64,000 nt of DNA, from contig JBMNER010000003.1 of the NCBI GenBank assembly GCA_050948885.1, positions 15,820-79,819 on the forward strand, in the 5' to 3' direction. Numbering within the stretch: position 1 is the first letter of the stretch; every line of letters starts with the position of its first letter. Position numbers and translations under genes: made by a program. This stretch comes from Bacilli bacterium. GTDB lineage: Bacteria; Bacillota_I; Bacilli_A; RF39; UBA660. The notes under the pieces were generated by a model. That model was given only the letters and a program-made list of their open reading frames with translations, did no database searches and was not told the origin of the DNA. Positions 1 to 8,817 of this stretch are shown here, in pieces.

Positions 1-172
1 GATTAGCCATTTCCATAATCGTTTGATCATTATCAAAAAAACGGTGTTGCCCAAACACAAAAACATTTTGAATACTAACTTGCATTAAATAAGTACTTAA
101 ATAAATTAGTAAATAAACAACTAAAAAAACTAAGATAACGCGTTCAATTTTAAGCTTTCTTCTTTTTTTCAT
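1..172 (-). CDS. divIB: Cell division protein DivIB/FtsQ, 5' part (runs off the window)
   Basis: Manual translation from ATG at 172: MKKRRKLKIERVILVFLVVYLLIYL..IQNVFVFG. Basic N-terminus, one TM helix, POTRA-like start; follows murB. Confidence 0.7.
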   Translation of the reverse strand, partial: MKKRRKLKIERVILVFLVVYLLIYLSTYLMQVSIQNVFVFGQHRFFDNDQTIMEMAN

Positions 173-178
173 ATCTTT

Positions 179-1087
179 CTACTCCCAATTAACAAACTCC
201 TGTTCTACCTTTAAATCAACCGCATATTTTTCTTTTACTTTACGCTTAACTAATAAAATTAAATGGCGAATATCAGCAGCGGTAGCTTGTTGATCATTAA
301 TAATAAAATTAGCGTGTTTTGTGCTAACTAAGGCCCCACCGATTCTCATTCCCTTTAAACCACATTCTTCAATTAAACGACCCGCAAAATCATCTGGCGG
401 GTTTCTAAACACACTACCGGCACTTGGATAGTTAAGTGGTTGACTCATTAAGCGCCGTTGTTTCCGGTCAAGAATTAATTCCTTAATTTCTTTTTTATCA
501 CCCACACTTAAAACTAAAGTGGCTTCTAAACAAATATAATCAGGATGTGCTTGTAAGATCGATGAGCGATAACCAAAAGCCATTCCTTTATTAGTTAAAT
601 TTATTATCCTTGCATCACCAGTTAAAACTTTAACCTGACTAATTACATCACCCATATCTTTTTTATAAGCACCAGAATTCATATACACGGCCCCACCGAT
701 TGTACCCGGGATCCCAGTCGCAAACTCTAACCCCGTTAGACCTAGCCTAGATACTGATAAAGCTAATTTCATTAAGTTATAACCAGACCCAACGGTAATA
801 ACATTATCATTAATTAGTAAATGATTAAAATAATCTAATTTAATAATAATCCCTTCATAATCACAATCACTAAAAATTAAATTAGAGCCACCACCAACTA
901 CCTTATATGAAAGATTAAATTGTTTTATTAAATTTAATAATTTAATTAATTTTTCTTCATTAAAAGGAAAAACCATTAAGGAAACTTTACCACCAACTTT
1001 GTAAGTAGTAAAGTCTCGCATATAAACATTTCTTAATATTTTCCCTATTTTATTAATTTTAATCTCATTTATAATTTTTTCCATCAT
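179..1087 (-). CDS. murB: UDP-N-acetylenolpyruvoylglucosamine reductase
   Basis: GGGSNL, GIPGTIGGAVYMNSGAY, SAGSVFRNP and HANFIIN motifs. Confidence 0.95.
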   Translation of the reverse strand: MMEKIINEIKINKIGKILRNVYMRDFTTYKVGGKVSLMVFPFNEEKLIKLLNLIKQFNLSYKVVGGGSNLIFSDCDYEGIIIKLDYFNHLLINDNVITVGSGYNLMKLALSVSRLGLTGLEFATGIPGTIGGAVYMNSGAYKKDMGDVISQVKVLTGDARIINLTNKGMAFGYRSSILQAHPDYICLEATLVLSVGDKKEIKELILDRKQRRLMSQPLNYPSAGSVFRNPPDDFAGRLIEECGLKGMRIGGALVSTKHANFIINDQQATAADIRHLILLVKRKVKEKYAVDLKVEQEFVNWE

Positions 1088-1088
1088 G

Positions 1089-2171
1089 TCACCTATTAAT
1101 AATATCCTTTATTACATTATAGATTTTCATTGCGCTATTTGGAATACCTAATTGTTTGGTTTTCTTTTTCATTAATTGATAAAGTTGTTGATTAGCGAAA
1201 ACGCCATCAATAGTTCTTATTAAAATATCCCCCTTTAAATCCTTCTCTTCAATAATAATCGCCCCCCCATTATTTTTTAATTCCAGCGCATTCTTTAACT
1301 GATGATTATTAGTCACATATGGACTAGGAATTAAGATGCTAGGCACACCAATGGTAGTTATTTCACTAATGGTACTAGCGCCCGCTCTTGATATAATTAA
1401 ATCAACTAAGGGCAATAATCTAGGTAACTCATTGATAAAGTCAACTACCTTTACATTACTAGGAAAAGAATACTTCTTAACTATTTTTGCATAATATCTT
1501 TGCCCCGTAATATATAACACCTCATAATCTTTATGCTTAAATAATGGCAACATCTTAGCCAATATATTATTTAAAAGTTCGGCCCCTTGTGACCCAGAAA
1601 CAATTAAAACTAACTTTTTATACTTAGTTAAACCAAATTTCGTTTTATCAAGGAGTTTCTTTCGATAAGCTAGATCACTACTTGGATTACCAGTTAAAAT
1701 AGTTTTATCTTGGGGAAAATAATGCCGAGAAGAAGCAAAAGAGATACCAATTTTATCGGCATAACGACTTAAAAACCGATTAGCTAATCCAGGAACACTA
1801 TTTTGTTCATGAATAAAGGTTTTATACCCTAACTTCTTCGCCGCATAAACAACTGGGGTTGTCACATAACCACCAACCCCAATTACAATATCGGGGTTGA
1901 AATCCTTAATCACTCTTTTTGATTGACCAATAGCTTTTAAAAAACTAAAGATACTTTTGATATTAGTAAATGATATTTTACGCTTTAAACCATACACTTT
2001 TAAAGCAATATAATTAATATCAAACTCCGGAATAATATCTTTTTCCATACGATTATGCGTACCAATATATAATATCTGACTATGCGGTTCTTGTTCCTTT
2101 ATTTTATTAATAATCGCCACAGCCGGATAAATATGCCCCCCAGTACCACCCGCACTTATAATTACCCGCAC
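1089..2171 (-). CDS. murG: MurG glycosyltransferase
   Basis: GGTGGHIYP, HEQNSVPG, GSQGA and SRAGAST motifs. Confidence 0.96.
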   Translation of the reverse strand: MRVIISAGGTGGHIYPAVAIINKIKEQEPHSQILYIGTHNRMEKDIIPEFDINYIALKVYGLKRKISFTNIKSIFSFLKAIGQSKRVIKDFNPDIVIGVGGYVTTPVVYAAKKLGYKTFIHEQNSVPGLANRFLSRYADKIGISFASSRHYFPQDKTILTGNPSSDLAYRKKLLDKTKFGLTKYKKLVLIVSGSQGAELLNNILAKMLPLFKHKDYEVLYITGQRYYAKIVKKYSFPSNVKVVDFINELPRLLPLVDLIISRAGASTISEITTIGVPSILIPSPYVTNNHQLKNALELKNNGGAIIIEEKDLKGDILIRTIDGVFANQQLYQLMKKKTKQLGIPNSAMKIYNVIKDIINR

Positions 2172-2359
2172 CTTATCACATCCTAAAATAATTATAACAT
2201 AGATACAATCTAGAAGTTAACTAAATCCATCACCGTTATATATCTAATTATAATTTATGAGTTAATCAGATATTAAATGAAAAATACAAAAACAATACTG
2301 GATGTATTGTTTTAAATGATAATAATTAAAATATAAAAATATTATAAACCATTATGCGT

Positions 2360-3445
2360 CTAATACCTACTCACATTCAAAATAATACCAATCCCTATTA
2401 AGCTAATTAATAAACTAGAGCCACCATAACTAAGTAATGGTAAAGTGATACCCGTAACGGGGACTAAACCAACAACCACCATTAAATTAAGAATAGTTTG
2501 AAAAATGATTTGAAAAATTATCCCAAAAACTAAATACTTGGCAAATCGATTATTAGTTCTTAACGCAATATTAATACTTCTAATTAAAATGGTTAAAAAG
2601 AAAAAGCTGACAATTAGAATGCCCATAAAACCAAATTCCTCACTGATAATAGAAAAAATAAAATCAGTTTGCGGTTCTGGTAAGTAAAAATGTTTTTGAA
2701 TGGAATGACCAAAACCAAAACCAAGTAATCCGCCTGGACCAATCGCAAATAATGATTGGATAATCTGAAAACCACTCCCTAGGGGATCACGCCATGGATC
2801 TAAAAATGATATGATGCGTAACAAACGATATGGAGCTCCCATTATAAGACCGATAACGGCTAGTACTCCTAATATGCCAATATGAATAAAGAATTTAAAA
2901 TTAACCCCGGCAACAAAGAAAAGCGCCACAATTGATAAGACTATTACCATACCGGTACCAAAATCTGGTTGTAGCATAATTAATAAAAAAATTAATAAGG
3001 TTATTAAGAAAATGGGCCAGATTCCTTTGGCGACTCGCCCTAAAATATAATCATTTTTAGCGAGATATTTAGCCGTGAAAATAACCAAACCTAATTTCGC
3101 AAACTCACTGGGTTGAATACCAAAAGAACCAATCCCAAACCAACTTCGCGCCCCATTTCGAACCGTACCAATGCCCGGTATTAAAACTAAAAGTAAAAGT
3201 AAAAAGCAAATAGCTAAAATAAGGTTGGCTTTATAATAGTAATTAGGATAGGGTATTTTAGATATAATAATCATTATTATAATACCAACTAATAAGAATA
3301 AGCTTTGCGCTTTAACATATTTTAAAGCATCATTATATTTATATATTGCCCAAATATTTGATGATGAATAGATCATTATGATACCAAATATAACTAAGAT
3401 AATTACGGCGATAAATAAGTAAACATCAAATGTTTTTGTTTTCAT
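2360..3445 (-). CDS. spoVE: SEDS protein SpoVE/FtsW
   Basis: GARSW, IQPSEFAK, LPEPQTDFIF, LPLLSYGGSS; dcw position upstream of murG. Confidence 0.85.
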   Translation of the reverse strand: MKTKTFDVYLFIAVIILVIFGIIMIYSSSNIWAIYKYNDALKYVKAQSLFLLVGIIIMIIISKIPYPNYYYKANLILAICFLLLLLVLIPGIGTVRNGARSWFGIGSFGIQPSEFAKLGLVIFTAKYLAKNDYILGRVAKGIWPIFLITLLIFLLIMLQPDFGTGMVIVLSIVALFFVAGVNFKFFIHIGILGVLAVIGLIMGAPYRLLRIISFLDPWRDPLGSGFQIIQSLFAIGPGGLLGFGFGHSIQKHFYLPEPQTDFIFSIISEEFGFMGILIVSFFFLTILIRSINIALRTNNRFAKYLVFGIIFQIIFQTILNLMVVVGLVPVTGITLPLLSYGGSSLLISLIGIGIILNVSRY

Positions 3446-3463
3446 TTAATCACCTTTTGTTTT

Positions 3464-4456
3464 TTATATCCACACTCCAAACGTTATTGATATCATGGCT
3501 AGGAGCAGACCAACGACCCAAAACAATTTGACAATATCGCCTTCTGTCCAACCTAATTCTTCAAAATGATGGTGCAGTGGACTCATGAGGAAAACTTTCT
3601 TCCTTCTTAATTTTATTGAAGTATATTGAATAATAACACTCATAATTTCAATAATAAAGACACCCCCGACAATTAAGATTGTTATTTCATAGTGCGCTAA
3701 AATAGCAATCGCCGCCATGGTCGCCCCAAGTGCCAAAGCACCCATGTCTCCCATAAAAACGCGGGCTGGATTGGTATTAAATAATAAAAAACCCATTAAT
3801 GAACCACATAAAACAAAACAAAAAATAGCGATATCCTCGTGCCCCATCAACCACCCAGCACCCCATGATATTAAGCCCAGAGCCATAAAACTTAAAACGG
3901 AAAGGCCGGCCGCTAGGCCATCTAAACCATCGGTAATATTAACCGCGTTTGACATACCTACTAACATTAATAAAATAAAGACCCCATATAACCATTTTAA
4001 ATCAATTTTTATACCAAGCGTATGAACCCATAAGAGTGGTTCCGCCCCACTTCTCATAAAAATGTAGTAAAAAAGTAAGGCAATAATGAATTGACCAAAT
4101 AACTTCTGCAGCGTGGTTAAGCCTTCATTATCTTCTTTTTTAATACTTAAATAATCATCCAAGAAGCCTAAAAAAGCATAACCAATAAAAACCATTAAGA
4201 CAATAAATAAATTATCAGTCAACGCTACCTTATCAAAAATGAGAAAAGCAACCATGGTAATTAAAGTGGCGCCCACAAAAATAAGACCACCCATCGTTGG
4301 CGTACCCGCTTTTTTATGATGAGTAGCACCAACATAAATACTAATCCGTTGATTTAATTTTAATTTTTTCAAATAGGGAATGATGATTAGCCCTAACACT
4401 ACGGCTATAATGAAACCAATCATCATCGCAAAAACTGATTTTGCTAATATTAACAC
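3464..4456 (-). CDS. mraY: Phospho-MurNAc-pentapeptide transferase
   Basis: GTPTMGG, NAVNITDGLDGL, FMGDMG and PLHHHFE motifs. Confidence 0.96.
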   Translation of the reverse strand: MLILAKSVFAMMIGFIIAVVLGLIIIPYLKKLKLNQRISIYVGATHHKKAGTPTMGGLIFVGATLITMVAFLIFDKVALTDNLFIVLMVFIGYAFLGFLDDYLSIKKEDNEGLTTLQKLFGQFIIALLFYYIFMRSGAEPLLWVHTLGIKIDLKWLYGVFILLMLVGMSNAVNITDGLDGLAAGLSVLSFMALGLISWGAGWLMGHEDIAIFCFVLCGSLMGFLLFNTNPARVFMGDMGALALGATMAAIAILAHYEITILIVGGVFIIEIMSVIIQYTSIKLRRKKVFLMSPLHHHFEELGWTEGDIVKLFWVVGLLLAMISITFGVWI

Positions 4457-4561
4457 CTTATCACCTCAAAATATTATCTCTGGGTCAAATTATACTACAA
4501 ACTAAGCTTTTTTTACATTATTCTCTTAATTATTTACTAAGGCTTGACGCCAATATAATGA

Positions 4562-6481
4562 TTAATTACCTAATAATAGTCTTATCTTGCCACCGGATAT
4601 TAATCTTTCCTTGGCTTTTGGTGATTGATCAATAATAATATTACCAGACCCCGCATATTCTACTTGAAAATGGCTTAACAAGGGACGGACCTCTTTTATT
4701 TCCATCCCAATAACATAAGGAACCTCATAATATTTTCTTTCAAATGACTGATACTGTTTACCAAGACCAGTATCATCCTTTTTCACCTCTAAAGCGCGAA
4801 GAATATCAATCATAATCTTTTTAGCATGTGGCGTTACCGTCATACTAGCTAATTGAATAGTCTTTTTAGGATTATCAATCGCCAAAAACAAAACCGCTTG
4901 GGGCTTATCAGCGGGGATGGTGGCCACAAACGACATAATATAATTGCCTTCTAGATAACGACCATCTTTTACCTTTTGGGCGGTACCCGTTTTACCGCCT
5001 ACCCGATACTCTTCAATATAAGCAGTGCGACCAGTTCCATTACTAACCACACACTCTAACGCATATTTTACTAAATCACTAGTTTCTTGACTAATAATAT
5101 TTTTTCTAATTATCTTTTTACTGTTTTCCTGAATAATACTATTAGTTTCTGGTTCTAAGAAGCGTTTAACAATATAGGGCTGATACAATGTCCCCCCATT
5201 AACAATCGCACTAACTGAGTTTAATTGTTGAATTGGAGTAACCGATACCCCTTGCCCAAAAGCGGAAGTAGCTAGTTCGACTGGTCCCACCTGATCTAAA
5301 CTAAAAATAATACCAGTTCCTTCACCGTTTAAATCAATACCTGTTTTTTGACCAAAACCTAACAAATCAAAATATTTAAACAATAATTCTTTTCCTAACC
5401 GCTGACCTAATTCTACAAAACCAGGGTTACAAGAATTTTCTAATACCTGCAGAAAAGTTTGAGTGCCATGGCCGCCATGTTTCCAACATCTAATGCGGGC
5501 ATTTTCAACCACCCTTGAACCAGAATCATGGAAAGTATCCTTAAAAATATCTACTTTTTTCTCTTCAATCGCCGCCGCAAAAGTAACTATCTTAAAAGTT
5601 GAACCCGGTTCAAAGGTAGCCCAAATAGGTAGATTGCGATTAATTACTTCCGTCGCATACTTTTGATAATTATTGGCTGAAAAGGTTGGTCGTGAACCCA
5701 TCCCTAATATTTCACCATTATTCGGATCCATCACAATAGCCATCGCCTGATCAGCATTAAAATGAACCATGATATTATCTAATTCTCTTTCAATAGCCTC
5801 CTGAATGCGATAATCAATCGTTAGCATAATATTAATACCATCTTGTGGTTGTTCATACAACTCACTTAAATTTAAGCGATTACCAAAAGCATCCGCATAA
5901 TATTTAATCGCTCCTTGTTCCCCACTTAAATAATAATCATACTGTAATTCAATACCACTTAAACCCTGATTATCAATCCCTACATAACCCAAAACATGAG
6001 CTAATCGCTCATCAAAGGGATAGTACCGCTTTGCTTCTTTTACTAAATAAACCCCTTTTAAATTCAGACTACTAATTTGATCAGCTATTTTGTAATCCAG
6101 CCTTCGACCTTCTGGGTGCACTCTTTCCATCGCCACCCTTTTATTAATGTGTTTTAAAATTTCCGTCTTAGAAACACCTAATATTGGGGCTAGTTTAGAG
6201 GCCACTAATTCCTTATCGGTAATCTGACTGGGAATTAGAATTAAACTAGTCGTCGTTAAATTAGTCGCTAAAACAACCCCGTTGCGGTCATAAATAATAC
6301 CCCGATTAGCTTGAATTGGTAAATTTCTATTCCATAATTGATTAGCTAACTTATTTAATTGTTCATATTCTACTACCTGAATATAGCCAACTCTTAAAAT
6401 AATAACGATAAATAAAGAAAATAAAACGACATTTACTAACCTAATTCTTTTATCTACTTTTCTTTGAAACATAATAACCAC
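4562..6481 (-). CDS. spoVD: Class B PBP, SpoVD-like (likely start ATG MFQRK)
   Basis: EPGSTFK, SCN and KTGTAQK motifs, C-terminal PASTA; second class B PBP of the dcw cluster. Confidence 0.85.
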   Translation of the reverse strand: MVIMFQRKVDKRIRLVNVVLFSLFIVIILRVGYIQVVEYEQLNKLANQLWNRNLPIQANRGIIYDRNGVVLATNLTTTSLILIPSQITDKELVASKLAPILGVSKTEILKHINKRVAMERVHPEGRRLDYKIADQISSLNLKGVYLVKEAKRYYPFDERLAHVLGYVGIDNQGLSGIELQYDYYLSGEQGAIKYYADAFGNRLNLSELYEQPQDGINIMLTIDYRIQEAIERELDNIMVHFNADQAMAIVMDPNNGEILGMGSRPTFSANNYQKYATEVINRNLPIWATFEPGSTFKIVTFAAAIEEKKVDIFKDTFHDSGSRVVENARIRCWKHGGHGTQTFLQVLENSCNPGFVELGQRLGKELLFKYFDLLGFGQKTGIDLNGEGTGIIFSLDQVGPVELATSAFGQGVSVTPIQQLNSVSAIVNGGTLYQPYIVKRFLEPETNSIIQENSKKIIRKNIISQETSDLVKYALECVVSNGTGRTAYIEEYRVGGKTGTAQKVKDGRYLEGNYIMSFVATIPADKPQAVLFLAIDNPKKTIQLASMTVTPHAKKIMIDILRALEVKKDDTGLGKQYQSFERKYYEVPYVIGMEIKEVRPLLSHFQVEYAGSGNIIIDQSPKAKERLISGGKIRLLLGN

Positions 6482-6525
6482 CTAAAAAATAATATGACTT
6501 TAAAAAATAAAAAAGACATTTTAGT

Positions 6526-7554
6526 CTAAATCATCGTTATAAAACTAATCTGCCTAATCATTTGTTTCTTTAAATTAAAACTATCCGCATGTTTAATATG
6601 TCCCAACCAGGAATTAAAAGCTAAAATAAATTTTTTCTTATCTAATTTATGACTAATATATAATTTATTCCATCTTTTAATTTGTTTTCTTATTTTCTTC
6701 TTACATCTATTTCTAACTAAACGGTGCGTACTCCAAATACGATAACCGCAAAAATCAACACCCATTCTATTTGGATAATATCTACTTTTGGCATTCAAAC
6801 TAAGCTTTAAATTAAAATTTAAAAAGTTATTAATCTTCTCTTTAATTACTTTAGCTTTTTCTTTATTATCAACTAAAATAACAAAATCATCCATATACCT
6901 TACATAATATTTTATTTTTAAGATATGCTTTACATATTGATCTAACTCATTTAAATAAATATTAGCAAAAAACTGTGAAGTATAATTACCAATCGGAATA
7001 CCTATTTTTTCATCATTAGATATTAATAATTTAGTAAAGGCTAATAATTTTTTATCTTTAATATACTTACGCATAATATTAAATAAAATTTTCTGATCAA
7101 TCGTATAAAAGAACTTCTTAACATCCATTTTTAATATATAATAATTAGTCCCATAATTTCGCTTCATTATCCGTATATATCGTTGTAATGCATCAACGGC
7201 TTTGTGCGTCCCACGATTATCAAGACAAGCAAAAGTATTGGTAATAAGCCTCGGGATAAAATAGGGCTTAATAAACTCATGGACATACCATTGATGAACA
7301 ACCCTATCAACATATGGTAAAGCTTTTATAACTCTTTCCTTTGGTTCATAAACAGTAAAAGAACGATACTGACCGATCTGATATTGACCTAATCTAATTT
7401 TTTCAATAATATTTATCAAATTACACTCTAAATTAAGCTCAAAATTAAACACTTCTAGACGCCCCATTTTACCCCTCTTAGCTCTTTCATGAGCCTCTAA
7501 CATTTTTAAAAAAGTTAAATTTTTATCAAAACATCTCTTTATCGTACGAGACAT
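6526..7554 (-). CDS. DGR reverse transcriptase
   Basis: PKER..ALPYVDRVVHQ, GTHKA, KMDVKKFF, GIPIGNYTSQFFANIYL (DGR-type SQ motif), YVRYMDD, GVDFCGY; 342 aa with no maturase or endonuclease domain. Confidence 0.95.
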   Translation of the reverse strand: MSRTIKRCFDKNLTFLKMLEAHERAKRGKMGRLEVFNFELNLECNLINIIEKIRLGQYQIGQYRSFTVYEPKERVIKALPYVDRVVHQWYVHEFIKPYFIPRLITNTFACLDNRGTHKAVDALQRYIRIMKRNYGTNYYILKMDVKKFFYTIDQKILFNIMRKYIKDKKLLAFTKLLISNDEKIGIPIGNYTSQFFANIYLNELDQYVKHILKIKYYVRYMDDFVILVDNKEKAKVIKEKINNFLNFNLKLSLNAKSRYYPNRMGVDFCGYRIWSTHRLVRNRCKKKIRKQIKRWNKLYISHKLDKKKFILAFNSWLGHIKHADSFNLKKQMIRQISFITMI

Positions 7555-7913
7555 GAATTAATCCAACTTCCTAACATATTACTAATACTAGTGACTTTAT
7601 AACTCCAAGCGCGATAATTACGCTGATTAATATAATTATTTTTCTTGGCAATTCGAATATATATTTTTAAGCAGGTTAACTTAATATCAACTTCATTTAA
7701 ATACTTTAAACGAGTATTTTTACTATACTGCTTTTTAGCATACAATAACAATTCAAAAGCTTCTATTAAACATTTCTTCGTTTCACTACCAAGAGCATAC
7801 TTATCACTATTGGGATACTTTTTTAATAAATTATAAACATATAAAATTAATTCTTGATACTGACGAATAATAAGCATTTCATCTTCCTTGGGTTTTGTTT
7901 TTCTTTCAACCAT
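7539..7913 (-). CDS. avd: DGR accessory variability determinant (Avd-like four-helix bundle)
   Basis: 124 aa basic helical protein (YP..DKYALG..K, L.EVDIKL..LK.YIR.A, MLGSWI) overlapping the RT start. Confidence 0.88.
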   Translation of the reverse strand: MVERKTKPKEDEMLIIRQYQELILYVYNLLKKYPNSDKYALGSETKKCLIEAFELLLYAKKQYSKNTRLKYLNEVDIKLTCLKIYIRIAKKNNYINQRNYRAWSYKVTSISNMLGSWINSCLVR

Positions 7914-8175
7914 CTAAATATCACCTAATCTAATTAATATTAAATAAAGAAATAATGTCAACCCATTATTCCTTACTCCATAATACCTAATATTCACCAC
8001 TTTGTTACTAACTAGATATTACTATTTATGTATTTATCCACTTCAGTAGAAAGGAATTAAACTTCTTTGATATTTCATTTGATATGATATTTCATCAAAT
8101 CATAATTTCTTAATAAATGATGGATTGAATTAACTAGAACTCATCCTTTATATCATCTAATATATCAGAGTCCCA

Positions 8176-8306
8176 ACCAACGGACGAAAACCGTTGTTAA
8201 CGTTCACGCCCCCATTAGTGTTGTTGAAGGCGAAGGCACCAGCATTCGTACCATTGCTGTAGTTACCACCACGATTGAACCACGGATTGCTAGCGTTCGG
8301 GAGTTA
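8176..8306 (-). repeat. DGR template repeat (TR)
   Basis: 131-bp ungapped match to 8561-8691; all 17 mismatches at TR adenines on the minus strand; 12 AAY codons in the VR frame; non-coding. Confidence 0.96.
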
Positions 8307-8530
8307 TAGCTTAATCCCTATATTTCATCTTGGTTGAATTGAAATACCATTATTTACTATACTATTACTAGTTATCAACAAGTAATAGTTCTATAAACCT
8401 CTGCCGATGGAACCAGTCCCATCGCCAGTTATTACCCACTCATTATACTAGCGAGGGTTAGTTATTGACTGTGCTTGCTTTTTATTACTACCTTGAAAAA
8501 GGAGGAAAAGAGGAAAAGTGAAAAGTTGCC

Positions 8531-8551
8531 TTCAGACCTTACAGGCCTGAA
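8531..8551 (-). other. Stem-loop just 3' of the VR (candidate DGR homing hairpin)
   Basis: Minus strand TTCAGGCCT-GTA-AGGTCTGAA: 9-bp stem with one G-T pair, GTA loop, overlapping the target stop codon. Confidence 0.65.
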
Positions 8552-8817
8552 CCAACTACCACCAACGGACGAAAACCGCTGTAAACGCCCACGCCCCCAT
8601 CAGTGGCGCTGAAGGCGAAGGCACCAGCACCCGCACCAGCGCTGTAGTCACCACCACGAGTGAACCACGGATTGCTAGCGTGCGGGAGGTAAGCACCATC
8701 ACTATACCAGGATGTACCACTGCCTATCCAATTAGAACCATTATATCTTCTGAGCATCATTACTTGTTTCATAAACAGCGTCCCCCACAATACTACTATC
8801 ATAAGCAAAACCAACAC
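8539..8817 (-). CDS. C-terminal VR-containing part of the DGR target (frameshifted continuation of 8741-10114)
   Basis: Encodes SWYSD..PWFTRGG..AGAFAF..SGFRP, a C-type-lectin-fold C-terminus; the residues from its own annotated start do not look like a real N-terminus. Confidence 0.85.
   Translation of the reverse strand: MLVLLMIVVLWGTLFMKQVMMLRRYNGSNWIGSGTSWYSDGAYLPHASNPWFTRGGDYSAGAGAGAFAFSATDGGVGVYSGFRPLVVVGSGL
8561..8691 (-). repeat. DGR variable repeat (VR)
   Basis: Encodes YLPHASNPWFTRGGDYSAGAGAGAFAFSATDGGVGVYSGFRPL versus TR-frame LPNASNPWFNRGGNYSNGTNAGAFAFNNTNGGVNVNNGFRPL. Confidence 0.96.

Noticed and set aside
6526-7554. RT as a group II intron, retron or CRISPR-associated RT
   Set aside because: Short, no maturase or endonuclease domain, no cas genes; adjacent avd and an A-specific TR/VR pair identify a DGR.
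8539-8817. 92-aa ORF as an independent gene
   Set aside because: Its N-terminal part overlaps the conserved GDAVYETS segment of the upstream gene in another frame; better explained as the frameshifted C-terminus of the target.
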